A stretch of DNA of 64,000 bases from positions 33,728,001-33,792,000 of the forward strand of contig OX597829.1 of the NCBI GenBank assembly GCA_951406725.2, read 5' to 3'. Both the position numbers and the translations under genes were made by a program. Of the stretch, positions 1-15,687 are shown one piece after another; position 1 is the stretch's first letter; the number at the start of each line of letters is the position of its first letter. This DNA comes from Octopus vulgaris. Its lineage: Eukaryota. The notes beneath the pieces are model-generated. The model had not been told where the DNA came from, did not search any database, and was given only the letters and a program-made list of their open reading frames with translations.

Positions 1-14
1 TTGACATTGGGGTG

Positions 15-49
<35 letters not shown>

Positions 50-334
50 GAGTGATGACATGTAGTTGGGTAGGTTGCAGAAGAGAGAGGCATGTGTTGT
101 GCACGAGGAGAGATAATTTGGTGTTCAGCAGTGGAGTGATCAGTGTAATATGTGGGAGGAGAGAATGATATTATGAGATGAAGAATGGTTATCAAATGAA
201 GTAGTGATTCTGGGAAGTAAGAAAAATGAAGTGGTATCATGGAAGAACTGCAGTGAAAGAAAGATAGATGGAAGAGAAATTTGAGGTGAAGGGCCTATTT
301 GTGCTTATATACACATACACAACACTCCAGAATT

Positions 335-1195
335 CATGTTTCACTGAGGTGGCCAGTGTTTTGTCATGTCCTCTATGAGACTCACAGTTCTTTTGTCCCG
401 TGTCTTCCTAGATTTCTCTCTTCTACAAATTAATCCACATTTAGTGACCAACACTTCTTTATACAATTGTCCTCATCCATATGCATCATGTGTCCATTGA
501 ACACATCTGACTCCTCTTATTCATAGTTGTTCTCTCAACACATTTATACTGTCATTCTTACACACTGACATTGGGGAGAGCCCCTTTGGTCATGAATGAC
601 CATGGGATTGCACCTAGAAAGTTACCCTCCGAGGCACAAGTCCAGGCAAGGTTGCTTCTGGATGGCCAGCAGTCGTCCATGCATACCGGCCTCCCCTCTC
701 CACACCACTGATGTTATCCAAGGGAAAGGCAAAGGCTGATACAGCTTGGCACCAATGATGTTGCAACTCATTTATACAGCTGAGATAAGTAGAGCAATGT
801 GAAATAAAGTGTCTTGTTCAAGAACACAACATGCAGCCCAGTCCGAGAATTGAACTCGCAACCTCACGATCATAAGGTCAACACTTTAACCACTGAGCCA
901 TGTGCCTTCACACTGACATTACACACCCAATAAAACATGTTCACTTCATTACTTTACAGTCTTTTCAGGTCCCCTGCATTTAGCACCTGTATCTCACTAC
1001 CACACACCATTGCAGTTCTAACACAAGCGTCACCTTTCATTGTAAGGAAAAATATCCTTGTTGCTAACAGTGGCAGTAGCTCCCTGAACTTTCCCCAATC
1101 CATTTAAACTTTAGCTACTATACTATCAGAACAAAGACCTCCCTTGCTAATTACATCTCCCAAATAACAAAAGCCATCAACTACTTCTAGGGAAA
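335..1195 (-). mobile_element. Decayed RTE-clade LINE 3' coding fragment, interrupted by a SINE
   Basis: Minus strand shows VVDGFCYLGDVISKG-like and GRPRKTW-like RT C-terminal remnants, similar to 35295-35690 and 47330-47625. Confidence 0.6.
573..908 (-). mobile_element. tRNA-derived SINE with 12-bp TSD
   Basis: Minus-strand head ggcacatggctcagtggttaaag...gagttcaattct (A/B boxes); direct repeat cacactgacatt at 561-572 and 909-920. Confidence 0.85.
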
Positions 1196-1235
1196 CATGC
1201 ATACATGTATGTAATTATGTATGTTTCTCTCCCTA

Positions 1236-1825
1236 TATCATCATCATTGTTTAACATCCACTTTCCATACTGGCATGGATTGGATGATTTGACTGAGGAC
1301 TGGCAACCCAGATGGCCGCACCGGGCTCCAATCTTGATCTGTCAGAGTTTCTACAGCTGGATGCCCTTCCTAACGCTAACCACTCCGAGAGTGTAGTGGG
1401 TGCTTTTACGTGCCACCGGCATGGGGGTCAGTAAGGCGACGCTGGTAACAATCATGCTCATATGGTACCTTTTACATGCCACTGGCACGGAAGCCAGTTA
1501 GCCGCTCAGGCAACAATCACGCTCGGATGGTCCTCTTAGCACCCCACAAGCACGGGGCACAAGTGTCAGTAAGGTGACGCAGGCAACTTTCACGCCCGAA
1601 TGGTGTCTTTCACATGCCACTGGCACGGAAGTCAGTCAGCCGCTCTGTCAACAATCACGCTCGGATGGTGCTCTTTGTGCCCCACCAGCACGGATACCAG
1701 TCATTGAATTTGATTTCGATTTCACTTGCCTCAACAGGTCTTCGCAAGCAGAGTTTAGTGTCCAAAGAAGGAAAGGTACACAATAGTGGGCAGGTTACAC
1801 CCCTGGCATAGGCCACGAGGTTATA
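1236..1825 (-). mobile_element. RTE LINE 3'UTR with (GAT)n tail and internal ~60-bp repeats
   Basis: Collinear with 46745-47330, where the same sequence joins an RTE ORF C-terminus; repeated gtgcttttacgtgccaccggca-type units. Confidence 0.8.
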
Positions 1826-2239
1826 TGAATGTATGGACAGATGTATGTATGGATGGATGCATGCATGCACACATATATACATGCATCAGAAATTATGACA
1901 AGCACAAGCTAATAGTTTATATTATTTGTTCCATAACCATAACCCCATTGTGGATTTTGTAATCCAAATATCCATGCACACACACACATGCACACGCACA
2001 CATGTGATCATCCAGGCAATAACGGAGAAATTTCAGACTAGTTGCCCTTAAGAACAGCTATATACTAATGACCATTTTCTTATTGTGGAATTTGTAGTAG
2101 AGTCAGAAAAGAAATTCTTGTTGTAAAAGGGTCTTAAAGTTAACTTAATAAAAAATCAATCAAAGGTCCCTTAGTAAAAACTAAAGTTCGTTTTAGAAGG
2201 AAAACGGATAGGACTCTAATACCTTTAGAGAAAATAGCC

Positions 2240-2672
2240 CTGCTCAATATATAAGAAATGGAATAACAGAAAGGTTAACAGAGAAAACAGTCTTTGTAGC
2301 AGATGCACAGGTGCAATAAACACTAAGGACACACAAGAAATAGATTTTCTTTGGATTGCAAGACAGAGTGTGAGAGAAAACCATGATGTCATTGGAGAGA
2401 AATGTGTTCACATGGATGATGGTTCCCTTGCGTTTAGTAATTCTGCAAAGAAAAAGGCTTGGAGATGCCATTATGAAAGACTGCTGAATGTGGAGAACGA
2501 ATGGGAGGAGGATAGTCTGCCAAAGGTTGGCCCAATTGAGGGACCAGCAACCCAAATCAACAGTACCCTGGTAGATAAAGCAATTAAAGATATGAAGACA
2601 AGGTAAGCACCTGGCCCAACAAGAATCACCACTGAGATACTTACTTAAACTATCAGGCAGGGTGGGTTATGG
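2240..2672 (+). mobile_element. RTE LINE EN-RT linker fragment
   Basis: ORF 2370-2606 AWRCHYERLLNVENEW...KAIKDMKTR followed by *APGP (KAPGP-type motif). Confidence 0.8.
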
Positions 2673-4344
2673 TCTTGTTTGTTTGTTTTTGTTTTTTTTG
2701 GTAATTCATATTTAGAAAGTGGATCTTCGGTTTGGCTGTTGTTTCTAGCTTGTCGGGCTTTCCGGTTGGAGCATACTTGGAAATTGAAGATTTTGAAAAC
2801 ACCAAAAATGTTTTCAAAATTTTAATTTTCTCCCTCCCCACCCTTCTGGCAAAGAAAAAAAGGAGGTGGGGGAAATTAAAATTTTGAAAATGTGATTCGT
2901 CGTTTAACTGCTGTTTCTAGCATGTCGATAGATACTTTTTATGTCTGCTATTTTAGTAGAAGGAGAGGGTGTTTATTTATTTTTTACAAATTAAGATTTT
3001 ACACTTTTTTTTTCAGAATTATATAATCTCCGTATTTTTCTACGTCTTTCGCAAAAAAAAAGGAATTTCTAAAAAAAAGTGAAAAAATTGGAAAGGGGGG
3101 GGGGGGGGTAAAATTTTGAAATGCCGATTTTTATTGCAGATTCGGAATCTCCGCAGTCGAAAAGGTGGGTTTCTGTAGAAAAAAATACAATAATAACCGA
3201 AAGGGGGTGCGGTCCATGTCCTTCACCTCCGCTTCCATCCGTCCATATATACACACACACATACTGCAAACAAGACATCAAACTAGAGTTTGAATGAAAA
3301 CAGATAGAGCGTGGGTAAAGGGAAAGAATCGTAAAGCTTTATAGTGCTGGTTAATTCCCTTGTGTTGGATACAACAGTGCAAACTGCCTTTTGATAAAAT
3401 TTATTCAAATATACATTTAAACACACACACACATAATATAAAATATTATTATTATGTAGTATATAATTATGCAATTGTTAATTGTTATCCATCCGAGAAT
3501 TTAAGTTTGAATATGTATATATACAAATACATATTGATAAATAGTTATTATAAACGAACCAGATAGTATATTACTGGCAATACATTGTAGTAATTGGGTT
3601 GGAGTGAACGAATTAAATTGAGTCAAATTTATTGATTGCCTTAATTCTGCCTGTATTGTGTACGAAAACTGCATGTGATTGATCGTATTTGCATAAAGAA
3701 ATAATATTCATATGTTTAAAGTATTCGTATCATATTAGTCTATTACGATGTTTATTCTTGTATATACTATAAGTGTATATGTATACAAGATAACACAAAT
3801 AAGTTTTCATATGTATATTTGTGTGTGTGTGGTGTGCGCGCACGATGTCTCCTGGTCCAGACAACATTCCTCTGGAGCTCATCCAGAATGGTGGCTAGTC
3901 TTGAAGAACAAAGCTATTTAACTGCATCTCGAGAATGGGGGAAGCTCAAATAGTACCTGTAGATTTAAAGAATGTCCATAAAGTTATCATCTTTATAGAA
4001 GGAAATCGCAACATTTATAGTATAACGTTAATGAGAAATGCGAAAATTGATATCGACTTGAAATGAACTGGTAAGCGACGGTTTAGTCTCCGTTATAAAA
4101 TGCAATGATAACCATACATGAAATAGCAATATAACAGGTTACAACAAGGATGTGTGAGAGACTTCGTGGTTAGGGTGAACTGTTGATCTAGTAGACAAAG
4201 TTGACGTACTGTTTGGGGTGTACAGAGCAGCCGTTGGTCTGTTGGTCGTGTGGTCTTCATACAGTAACGATGTAGACAGGTGGAGAAGATGAAAGCGGAG
4301 ACTGGCTGGTGTCAGACACATCGTTATTGGAGACGAGTTGCGTG

Positions 4345-7300
4345 TGCCAAAGAATTTCTTTATTTGCCTAGAGGGGCATACATAGAGGAGGGTGGGTAGA
4401 ACAAGGACGATCTTTACACAGGGCTGGAGTTACAATCATAAAATTAAAAATTGATTAAATTGGTATGTTAAATCGAAAAGATGAATGAGAATAAAATTAA
4501 ATGATTATAATGAACACAGTTCTTGAGTTTTTATTTAAACCGCCGACTTTTTCCTTTGTTTTCCGTTCCTTTTTTACTTTCATTTTCGCCTTGACCGGCT
4601 ACACTAGCACGGCCCCATTCAATCTCGGCTTCTTTACGACAGTTATCCATCTTCTCTCGAACACTTTTTGAGACAGGCACTTTTTCTCCAGACGGATCTT
4701 TCTTATCAGGTGGTAGTTAAAATGACTTACCAACCCGTGTCTGGAGATAAAGTTGCCTGTCTCAGTTCTCCTTCCACGCGTCATCCTTACTGTGTTTTTC
4801 ACTATGGCTACTACACAGAAAAAGGACGCCTCTCTTTCCTTATTAAAGGAAGAAGGTGGTACGATCTTAATGATGGATTCAGTCGATAGCTGTACTCTTT
4901 ACGTTTCCCACATCAGTTATTCGACATAGGTTATATCAGTCCCCTCAATTCTTCACAATGTACGAAGGCGTGCGCGACAGTTTCTCTGACGCGCCCGCAC
5001 CTCGGTCATGTGGGAGGGGGGGGCCTACCTTGATAACCTCTCTCGAACTGGTAAGGCCGATCGGTAACACAGCCAAGCTAAGGATTTCTGGAAATTATCC
5101 AGGTACCTTGGCCCGAATGTCATTCCAAACAGGTTGACTAGCTGGTTCCCATCAAAGTTCAGAACCTCCCCCAGGACGTCATCGGACTCGTGCTCTACCA
5201 ACCCGCTATAAAAATCCGCAGTGTTAGCCCCGTTGCCGGTACTACTCGCATGGTAAGACAGAGTGAGTGCTTGTCTGCACTCCTGCCATTCACTCATTCT
5301 AGGTCTTCACTTGATCCATGCGCCTATGTCCTGTAGGGATGTTAATTGCAGAAAAAAGAACTTGACGTGCGGTGACCACATCTGTTCACCATCCAGGTAG
5401 AGTCAGAAATGTCTCAGCCTCAGCGCAAACTTGTGCATCATCAGCCAAGGCATCCTAAACCACCTTTCAACGGTTTCTGGCAGCAGATGGAGCGCCTCAC
5501 TTAATGGTGGTTTCTCTTACCACAAAAAGTGGAAAAGGATTCATTCCAACCTGGTCAGCCACACACCAGGGCAAGGTACAACGGTTAGGTGATAGGTTAT
5601 CCCAGATGCTATAAGCACCTGTACAACCTCCGCCCTCCTTAACAAGGATAGCATCCTCCCAGACTGCACTCTGTGACCTCACTCCAATTTTTCTCCATCT
5701 GGAGATCTGGTCCAAACCAGATCCCAAGCAGTTTAACCAAGCTCTCTGTCCAATGTCCAACGATACTGTTGGGAGGCATCAACTTGCCCCCAACCTCTGC
5801 AGCAGTGGCTCAAGAGCCAATACATACAGAAGCAGGGACAAGGAGCAGCCCTGGAGAACTGAACACTCGATTGCAAACAGCTTCGAGAAGAAACGGTTCA
5901 CCCGGATGACTGAATTGATGTCACTATACATAGCATTGATCCAGTCATGGAAAGTTGGGCCCAGTCCAACTGCCGCCAGATACCAATTGTCAGCCCTGTC
6001 GAATGCTTTAGACTGGTCTAAATTCACCAGTGCCCAACCCTTGCCAGGAATTTTATTAACCCTCCCTACGGTGTAGCGAATGGGTGAAGGCTGTCATGTA
6101 TTGTCCTTCTTGGGATGGTGCATGTCTGCGCCTCTCCTACCAAGTCGCCTATAACAAGTCTCACTCTCTTGGCTAACACCTTGGCCAAAATCTTTAACTC
6201 TGTGTTTAGCAGAGTTATGGGCCTGAAATTATTAATGATATCCCCCTTATTTGGGTCCTTCCTGATCAGTGTTTACTACTCCCCGGTTCACAGACTTGGG
6301 AATTCTCCCATTCTGCTGCCAGTTTGCATATATACCAGCCAGTATGTTCCTGAAGAAGTCTAGCATACTTTTATAAAATTCATACAGTAGACCATCCAGT
6401 CCTGGCAACTTGTCCCCGGGGCACTCAGAAAGCACCTCTATAACCTCTGCAGCTGTGATTGGCCTTTCATAATGCTCAGCTTCACATGCTGAAATATGTG
6501 GGCCACCGGCCAGGAAATTCCAAAGAACATCTCTATGGTCCAGCACCCCACCCCTCCCAAACAACACAGCGAAGTGTTTGTAGAAGGCCTTACACATCTC
6601 TTCCTGTCCTTGGGTCTCCTGTCCATGCTCATCTACCACAGACCTTATTGTAGCATCTATGCCACGTTGGGTTTCTACTAAGCAAGCCCACCCAGCAACG
6701 TTGATACCCTCGCAACCCAGTGCATGTACTTTTGCCCAAACTCTGCATCCTTCATGTTTGGCATTAAGGTGTCAGTCCAAGACCTATCTTGCAGCCAAAA
6801 CTTGGGGTGCAGAGCCCACTCCCAGTGTCTCTTCTAACACCTTAACTAAATTCCCTTCTACTCTAGCCTATTCTAGACTTAACCGTTTGCTAAATCTAAT
6901 AGATTCAAGTCGAATGGCTTGTTTGAGGGCACACCACCACCAGTTATTTAACATAGTGCCAGTTAGTGCCCTCATTACTAACTCCTTAATCTGGCTAGAG
7001 TAAGTTTTGCAAGCCAATAGGGACTTGTTCAACTTCCAGTAGCCAGACCCCTATCTATGGACTTTATCTATATGCATCCCACATGTCACTAATTTGTGAT
7101 CCATGTAGGGTACATAGGTAAATTATGGACAACTAAAACTAGACTTATCTCTAGAATTAACTGTTATCCTATCTATATAAGACCTGATGGATCCATCATT
7201 ATTACTCCTAGTGCACATTGGAATGCTTGGATTATCAAGTCTGTATCAATCTGCCAGCCTAAATCACTTCAGCAGATCGACGAGGCACGAGTTACATCTC

Positions 7301-8050
7301 ATATCATTTGAGCCTACACTATCCTGGTGTGCATCAAGAATAGCGTTAAAGTTTCCTAGCATAACTAGTGTCTTTGACATCACAAGAAAGTTCTCCAAGC
7401 GTCAATAGAAATCATTCCGTCTGCCTGTCATGCCAAGTGCGTAAATGCCAATCAACCTGAAGGCCTTACCTCTGAATGTTAGATCCAGAACAACCGACTC
7501 ACCTTCTGGGTCCACAAAGATTGTACATGTCTGCAGGGTCAAGTTTTTCCAGAGCAATACTACAATGCTCACCATCCCCCCTGTCCAACTAGGAGACATG
7601 ACTTTCTCATAGCCATTCAGGAGAGTTGAGAAGGCCTGCAGCTAGTCCAACTTGGCCTCTGTAGCAACCATAACATCTATTCTATGTGACCTGAGGTCTT
7701 CAAATAAACAAACCTGCCTCCACTTCAAGCTCAGGCCATGCACATTCAAACAATCTATACACAGAAGAGTAAAATGACAAAGAAGGAAAGTAGAGCTTAC
7801 CTGCCCTTTCATCTTTCAAGGAGGGTTGTTCTCAGTATCAATGAGATCTGTTCCCCACTTCCTCTCTTTTAGGCTTGGTTCCGCTGGCAGGTTAAATACT
7901 TTTGGCAACTCTGTCAGTTTTACAATACCTTGGGGGTTTCTTCCTTTAAGCTCTGTGTACAGTTTTCAGGAAATTTTCCAGATTGTGATTGGACTTTTAC
8001 TATCACTGTTGGTATAGGTTAGACTTTGTTGGTGGGTTTTGATAACCCCT
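4345..8050 (-). mobile_element. Tx1/L1-like non-LTR retrotransposon, decayed ORF2 (APE endonuclease + RT)
   Basis: EN: CLNVHGL, IDVMVATE, FRLIGIYA (7400-7760); RT: KLPGLDGL, LDQSKAFDR, VLQGCSLSLLLYVL (5780-6640); many stops/frameshifts; minus-strand AATAAA near 4360. Confidence 0.85.
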
Positions 8051-9152
8051 TCAAAGTATTTGTTATTGCTTTTATATACCACTGTAATGAACACCAAACA
8101 AATGCCCGATGTGCAATGCTTTTTCTATATCTCCTATTATGTTATTGCCTAATTTGTCTCAACAAAAATTATGCAGTGGTACAACACTAATTGTGCACAA
8201 ATTGTGCAAATATTCTCACTGGTTGAGATAAATGTGACAGCATCTTCGTTCCTCACATACCAGTTATACCATCTAATATCCCATTCAAATTTAAACCCTT
8301 ACAGTTTCCTATCCCACTTTCTTTTGCCATGAGCATTAATAAAAGTCAGAGCCAAACACAAAAAGTTGCTGGATTGCAACTCAAAAAACAAACAGAAGTT
8401 CGTATATCAAATACATTTTTTTTCTACTGCAATTTATTACATGCTTTTCTCTTATACAATACACATACAGGATGAGTAAACCTAAATCTGACTGACAGGA
8501 CACAGCATTTGTAATTTCATTGGACTATTACTTACTGTTACCTTGACTTCCATTCCTGTAATATAGTTTTGGAATTTCTGCTTACACCATAGTTCAGATT
8601 TGAAACTGAATTTTTCAATTCTCCTTGGGCATATGGCCTATGCAAATATCAAAAGAAACCCTGTCAAATGGGTCTTCCACTTCACCTGTGGCCTTCTCAG
8701 CACCATTGCACAGTCACTTGGATCGCCTAAAGCTATTCTTCTATATGATATAGCTATTCTTCTAGCTTCATTCATGGTATACTACCTATTCAAGTGTCAA
8801 AAGGAACAGTGACAAATGGATGCTCTACTTGACCTGTAGCTTTTTCAGTGTGATCACAGTCACCTGGTTTCCGTAAAGCTATTCTTCTATATGATATACC
8901 CATTTTTCTAGCTTCTCAATTCTGATATGAGCATTAATAAAAGTTGCTGGATTTGCAACTTGAAGAACAAACAGAAGTTCGTATATGAAATCCATCTTTT
9001 TTCTACTTCAATTACTATACACACATACAGGAGGAGTAAATCTATATATAATAACTCTTTGAATGTGGCTCCCAAGAAACAGTAAAAGTAATTACCCAAT
9101 CAATGATGGGCATTACTGCTAGTATATATATATATATATATATATGTATTTA

Positions 9153-10386
9153 CAGGGAGCATATGATATTAGAGGACAGATTTACATTTATAAAAATACA
9201 GATAAATAAATAACAGATAACTTTATTTATCAAAAAAATGCTATGAGGATGAAAATAAATCTTCTTTTCTATAATGTTATTTAATAAAGTCACCTTCAGC
9301 TTCAACAACAGCTTCTATATGAGATCTAAATCATCTACATGCTCGAATCAAGTGGTCCTGGTTCATTTTGGACATTACTCTAACTATGGCAGCTTTCAAA
9401 GAATCTTCCTTGACCTCTTTTTCAACAACACTGCACATGTAATAGTCCAATGGATTGAGATCTGGAGAATTAGGAGGCCAAATGTTAGGGGTTATGTGAT
9501 CATGAAAATTTTCAGCCATCCATTCCTGTGTTACTAGAGCCATATGTGATAGTGCAGGGTCTTACTGAAACACATATGGCCTCCCATTGCATACACTGTC
9601 TATCCAGGGCTTAACAATTATTTCCAGGACCTCAATGTAGGCAGCAGAGTTAACTCTAAGGCCTTGTTGAAAGAAGTAAGAAGGCATCACGTGTCCTTCA
9701 TTGCTTACAGCCCCTAAAACCATGAGAGTTCTAAGAAATTTTGTATGCATTACACTTGGTACTTCAGAAGAGTCTGCACATAATCTCTGTTGTTTCTTCT
9801 GTTAACTGATCTTGATCGAAGTTTTTCTCATTTGAGGAAAACCAAGTCTAATCTTCTGCTGGATTTTTCAGTTTGTTTAAGAGCCTTTTAGATATGATGT
9901 GATTTTCTTTTGCTTTTTCTGACAAGTTGACCTTTCCTCATCATATAAGATTTATAGCTGATGTCTTCGAGGACAACATTTCTGACTGTTCCTTCTGACA
10001 CATGGAAATCTTTTGCAATTGACCCCATGGACTTTCTGGGATTGTAATCAATGGTCTATTGAACTTGCTGGATAAATTCAGGTGTTCTGATGATTTTAGA
10101 GCATTTAGAATGCTTTTTATGCTTTGATACTGGTGAAACATTTCCATCTTCTGTCTCTAGCTCCTTATAAGCTTTGTAGATGAAAGATCTGACAACTTTT
10201 ATAATTGAGATATTTATAAATCACTATGATCAGCCTTTATAACCACAATAACAGCATGCCTCTTCATTTCTTGAGTAATCTGAGGGTCTGCCATCATGAT
10301 TTTCTGAAACAAAGATTATACAGAGTTAGCAAAAAATGCAGCAATGAGCCAAAAAAGGTATGCCCTCAAATTTTTTATGCACTCTG
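9153..10386 (-). mobile_element. Tc1/mariner maT (DD37D) transposon, full length, decayed
   Basis: Imperfect TIRs cagggagcatatgatattagagg / cagagtgcataaaaaatttgagg flanked by TA; VFQ*D...WPPNSPDLNPLDY with 37 residues between the last two Asp. Confidence 0.85.
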
Positions 10387-10532
10387 TATATATTAGCCTT
10401 TGGGATTTGCCTGAAATACAGAGAGAGAGAGAGAGAGAGAGAGGAAAAAGGGTAAAGAAGAAAAAAAAATAGATAAGAAGATAGAGAGAGAGAAGCCCTC
10501 GCTAAAGCTGACAACAATGATAAAATTGAATA

Positions 10533-12262
<1,730 letters not shown>

Positions 12263-12265
12263 ATA

Positions 12266-12327
<62 letters not shown>

Positions 12328-12361
12328 AATAATAATGATAATAATAATAACAATAATAATA

Positions 12362-12421
<60 letters not shown>

Positions 12422-12423
<2 letters not shown>

Positions 12424-13753
12424 TAGAAGAGCCAAATTAATTGTGGAAAGTAGGCTCAATGGAAAAAACGAAATCAGGGCAATGAACACATGGGATGTTT
12501 CCTTGATGCAATCTGGTGCAGGTGTTGTTAAGTGGACAAAAGAATGAGCTGGAAGAAATGGACAGGAAAATCAGAAAAACAATGACAATTAACAAGGAAC
12601 TACACCCAAAAAACGATATTGACAGGCTGTATGTGCCTGAACAAGTAAGAGGTCTGAACAAGTGAGTAAGAGGCATCATAGAATGCAGGATCTGTGTTGT
12701 CAATGAGAAGAACAGCCTGGGATGATACATCAAACAGCAGAGTGAATCCTTGCTTGCCACTGTTAGAATTAATAATACAATACCTACCACAAATGTGATG
12801 CACCCACAAACATTTAAGAAACAAGATGAAGAAGAAAGAATAAACAATTGGAAAATGAAATCACTGCATGGACAATACCTCAGAGAAATCGAAGGAAAAG
12901 ACAAGACCAACACTTGGAGATGGTAAAGAAAAAGTGATCTAAAAGGATACACTAAAGCATTTGTATGTAGTGCCAGAAACAAGCTCTGAGGACTAATTAC
13001 ACCAAGCTTCGAATAGATAAGAGCAGCAAATTACCTCTTTGTAGGATGTGTAGCAGCAAAAATAAAACAATCTCATATATTGTGAGTGAGTGTAGCAAGC
13101 TGGTTCAAAAGCACTATGAAAGGAGGCATAACGTGGCTAAGTTTGTTCTCTGGAGACTATGTGAAAAGTATGGCCTAGACAGAGCACCAAAATAGTATGA
13201 ACATGACCCAGAAGGAATCACCATAAACAATGAATTTAAGATACCATAGGATCTTACAAACCAATGGGACTACCTAATCAATTCTCAGAGACCAGACACT
13301 GTTGTGGTAGATAAAATAAAAAAGGAAATCATCAAGATTATAGATATTGCAATATTTGAAGATGCACGCTTATGTGACAAAGAACTGGAAAAGATGGAAA
13401 AATACAGACAACTAAAAGACGAAATTGCAAGAATGGAATGACAGGAGAGTGTCTGTTATATCCCAGCAGTTGTCGGGACACTTGGAACACTAACAACTAA
13501 GTTTGAGAAATATATCAGAGAATATGGAACTGACATGAGAGCAGTACAGGTCCAAAAAACTGCTCTGCTGGGGGCAGCTAGGATTTTGAGATTGGTACTT
13601 GGGTGTTGAATGGCTTCCACAATAATTAAGATCCAATTAGCAAAGCTTACAACTTGCAGAAAGAGACGCTGTATGACATCTGACAACAGGCTGCTGTCTG
13701 CTCTTACTGAATCAACCAGAGCAAACAAGACCAAGTGCTCTGAGAAGTAAAAC
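12422..13753 (+). mobile_element. R4/Dong-like 3' fragment (family B)
   Basis: LNGKNEIRAMNTW, LHPKNDIDRLY, CRMC knuckle, RPDTVVVD...IIDIA; (TAA)n on both sides. Confidence 0.8.
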
Positions 13754-13813
<60 letters not shown>

Positions 13814-13934
13814 TCATGAACTAATGCTCTAGACTTACCCAAAACCACTCATGAAAGAATACCCTAGACTTGCCCTAAATCACTTCACGAATGAATGCCC
13901 TAGATTTACCCAAAACCACTACAAGTTGTGGTGA

Positions 13935-14511
13935 CATGATCAGGTAGTGAAAGCGCTACTTGGAAAACTGTGTGAAAAGTGAGGACTAGAGAGAAGCAAG
14001 ATGTGATATGAGCACAAACTGCAGAGAGTGGCAGAGTCAGAGACTAGCAAAATCCTCTGGGATTTCCCAATCCAAACAGATTAGATATTAGAGCATAACA
14101 GACCATACCTAGTGGTGGTGGACAAGATGCACCACATATGCTATGTAGTTGATGTTGCATGCCCTTTTGACCCACAAATAGTCAAGAAAGAAAGCAAAAA
14201 GATAGATAAATACAACCTTCTTAAGTACGAAATGGCTCAGCTATGGAAAATGAAGAAGAGGAAGATAGCGCCAATTATTGTTGGGTTCTTGGAAACAGTA
14301 TCAGAAGGCATCAAGGGGAATATAAAGGAAATTGGAATAGAGTACCCAGTAGAACTGTTACGAAAGGTTTACCTCCTTGGCATGGCCAGAATAATCAGGA
14401 AAGTTTTAGATAGCTGAAAAGAATGGATAGCACGGTACTGTAGGCTGCAGGTAGCAAGCCTGCTATGCATGTAAAACTCCAGAAGCTCCAATAAAACCTG
14501 TGATAAAGAGA
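13935..14511 (+). mobile_element. R4/Dong-like RLE fragment (family C)
   Basis: KILWDFPIQTD...VVDVACPFD...KIDKYNLL; followed by a short TAA run. Confidence 0.8.
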
Positions 14512-14527
14512 AATAATAATAATAGTA

Positions 14528-14744
14528 ATCCTTTCTACTACAGGTACAAGGCCTGAAATTTGGGGGGTGGGGTTGCTAGTCAATTACATTGACCCCAGTG
14601 CACAACTGGTTTTTATTTCAACAACCCCAAAAGGATGAAAGGCAAAGTTGACCTTGGCAAAATTTGAAATTAGAATGTAAGGACAGATGAAATGTCACTA
14701 AGCATTTTGCCCAGTGTGCTAACAATTCTACCAGCTTGCTGCCT
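14528..14744 (-). mobile_element. SINE with gcctttcatcct central motif and (ATT)n tail
   Basis: Reverse complement matches head and centre of the SINE at 29785; related copies at 23625-23838 and 26085-26200. Confidence 0.75.
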
Positions 14745-15542
14745 TGGTGGCTCAACAAGGGCAACCTAAAAAATAATACTGAAAGCCTAATCATCACAGC
14801 CCAGGACCAGGCATTGAATACCAACTTATTGAAAAAGAATATATATCACACAAGTGCGCTGGACCTCTGTAGAATATGTGGGAAGAGGGTCGAAAGTGTG
14901 ACTCACATTGTTAGTGCTTGTGAAAGTCTTGCACAGAAACAGAACAAGAGTAGATATGACAAAGTAGCCCAAAATCTCTACTGACTACTATGCTGCAAGT
15001 ATGGACACGAGGTTATGGGTGCTTGGTACCAACATATACCGGGAAAGGTAATGGACGAAAAGGGGAAGACAAAAATCCTCTGGGCCTTTGATTTCCAGAA
15101 AGACAAAGTGTCAGAGCACTGAAGGCCAGATATAGTAAGCTTTAGGAGGGACAAACAAGAGTGCGCAATAATCGATGTAGCAGTGCCAGAAGATCAACAC
15201 ATCATCGTGAAAGAAAGAGAAAAGGTTGATAAATATGGAGACTTGAGAATTGAGATTACTAAGATGTGGTAGCTACAAGAGTTGAACATAAATGTTATCC
15301 CTATTGTCATCGGAGCATTGGGTTCAATACCACCCAATCTGAAAAAAAACATTTGAAAACTTTAGAAATACTCTACAATTTTTTATGTATTGCAAAAGTC
15401 GGCATTACTTGGAACTGCAAGCATATTGCATAATGTACTGTCTGTCTGAGGTGCTTGTTGTGAATTGACAAACAGTACAAACCCCCAGTAGACACAATAT
15501 CTTCAATCTACACTCTCACGATATTGTATACTGTGCAACGTT
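14745..15542 (+). mobile_element. R4/Dong-like 3' fragment (family D)
   Basis: TESLIITAQDQAL, CRICGKRVESVTHIVSAC, RPDIV...IIDVAVP; ends in long (TAA)n. Confidence 0.85.
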
Positions 15543-15611
<69 letters not shown>

Positions 15612-15624
15612 GATAATGATTATG

Positions 15625-15686
<62 letters not shown>

Positions 15687-15687
15687 T

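Noticed and set aside
2712-3245. Hairpin-rich segment, possibly a non-autonomous DNA transposon (similar character at 34475-34850)
   Set aside because: No TIR pair or TSD could be fixed by eye; left unassigned
8095-8125. Minus-strand KALHIGHL (HIGH-like motif)
   Set aside because: Isolated and surrounded by stops; no synthetase context
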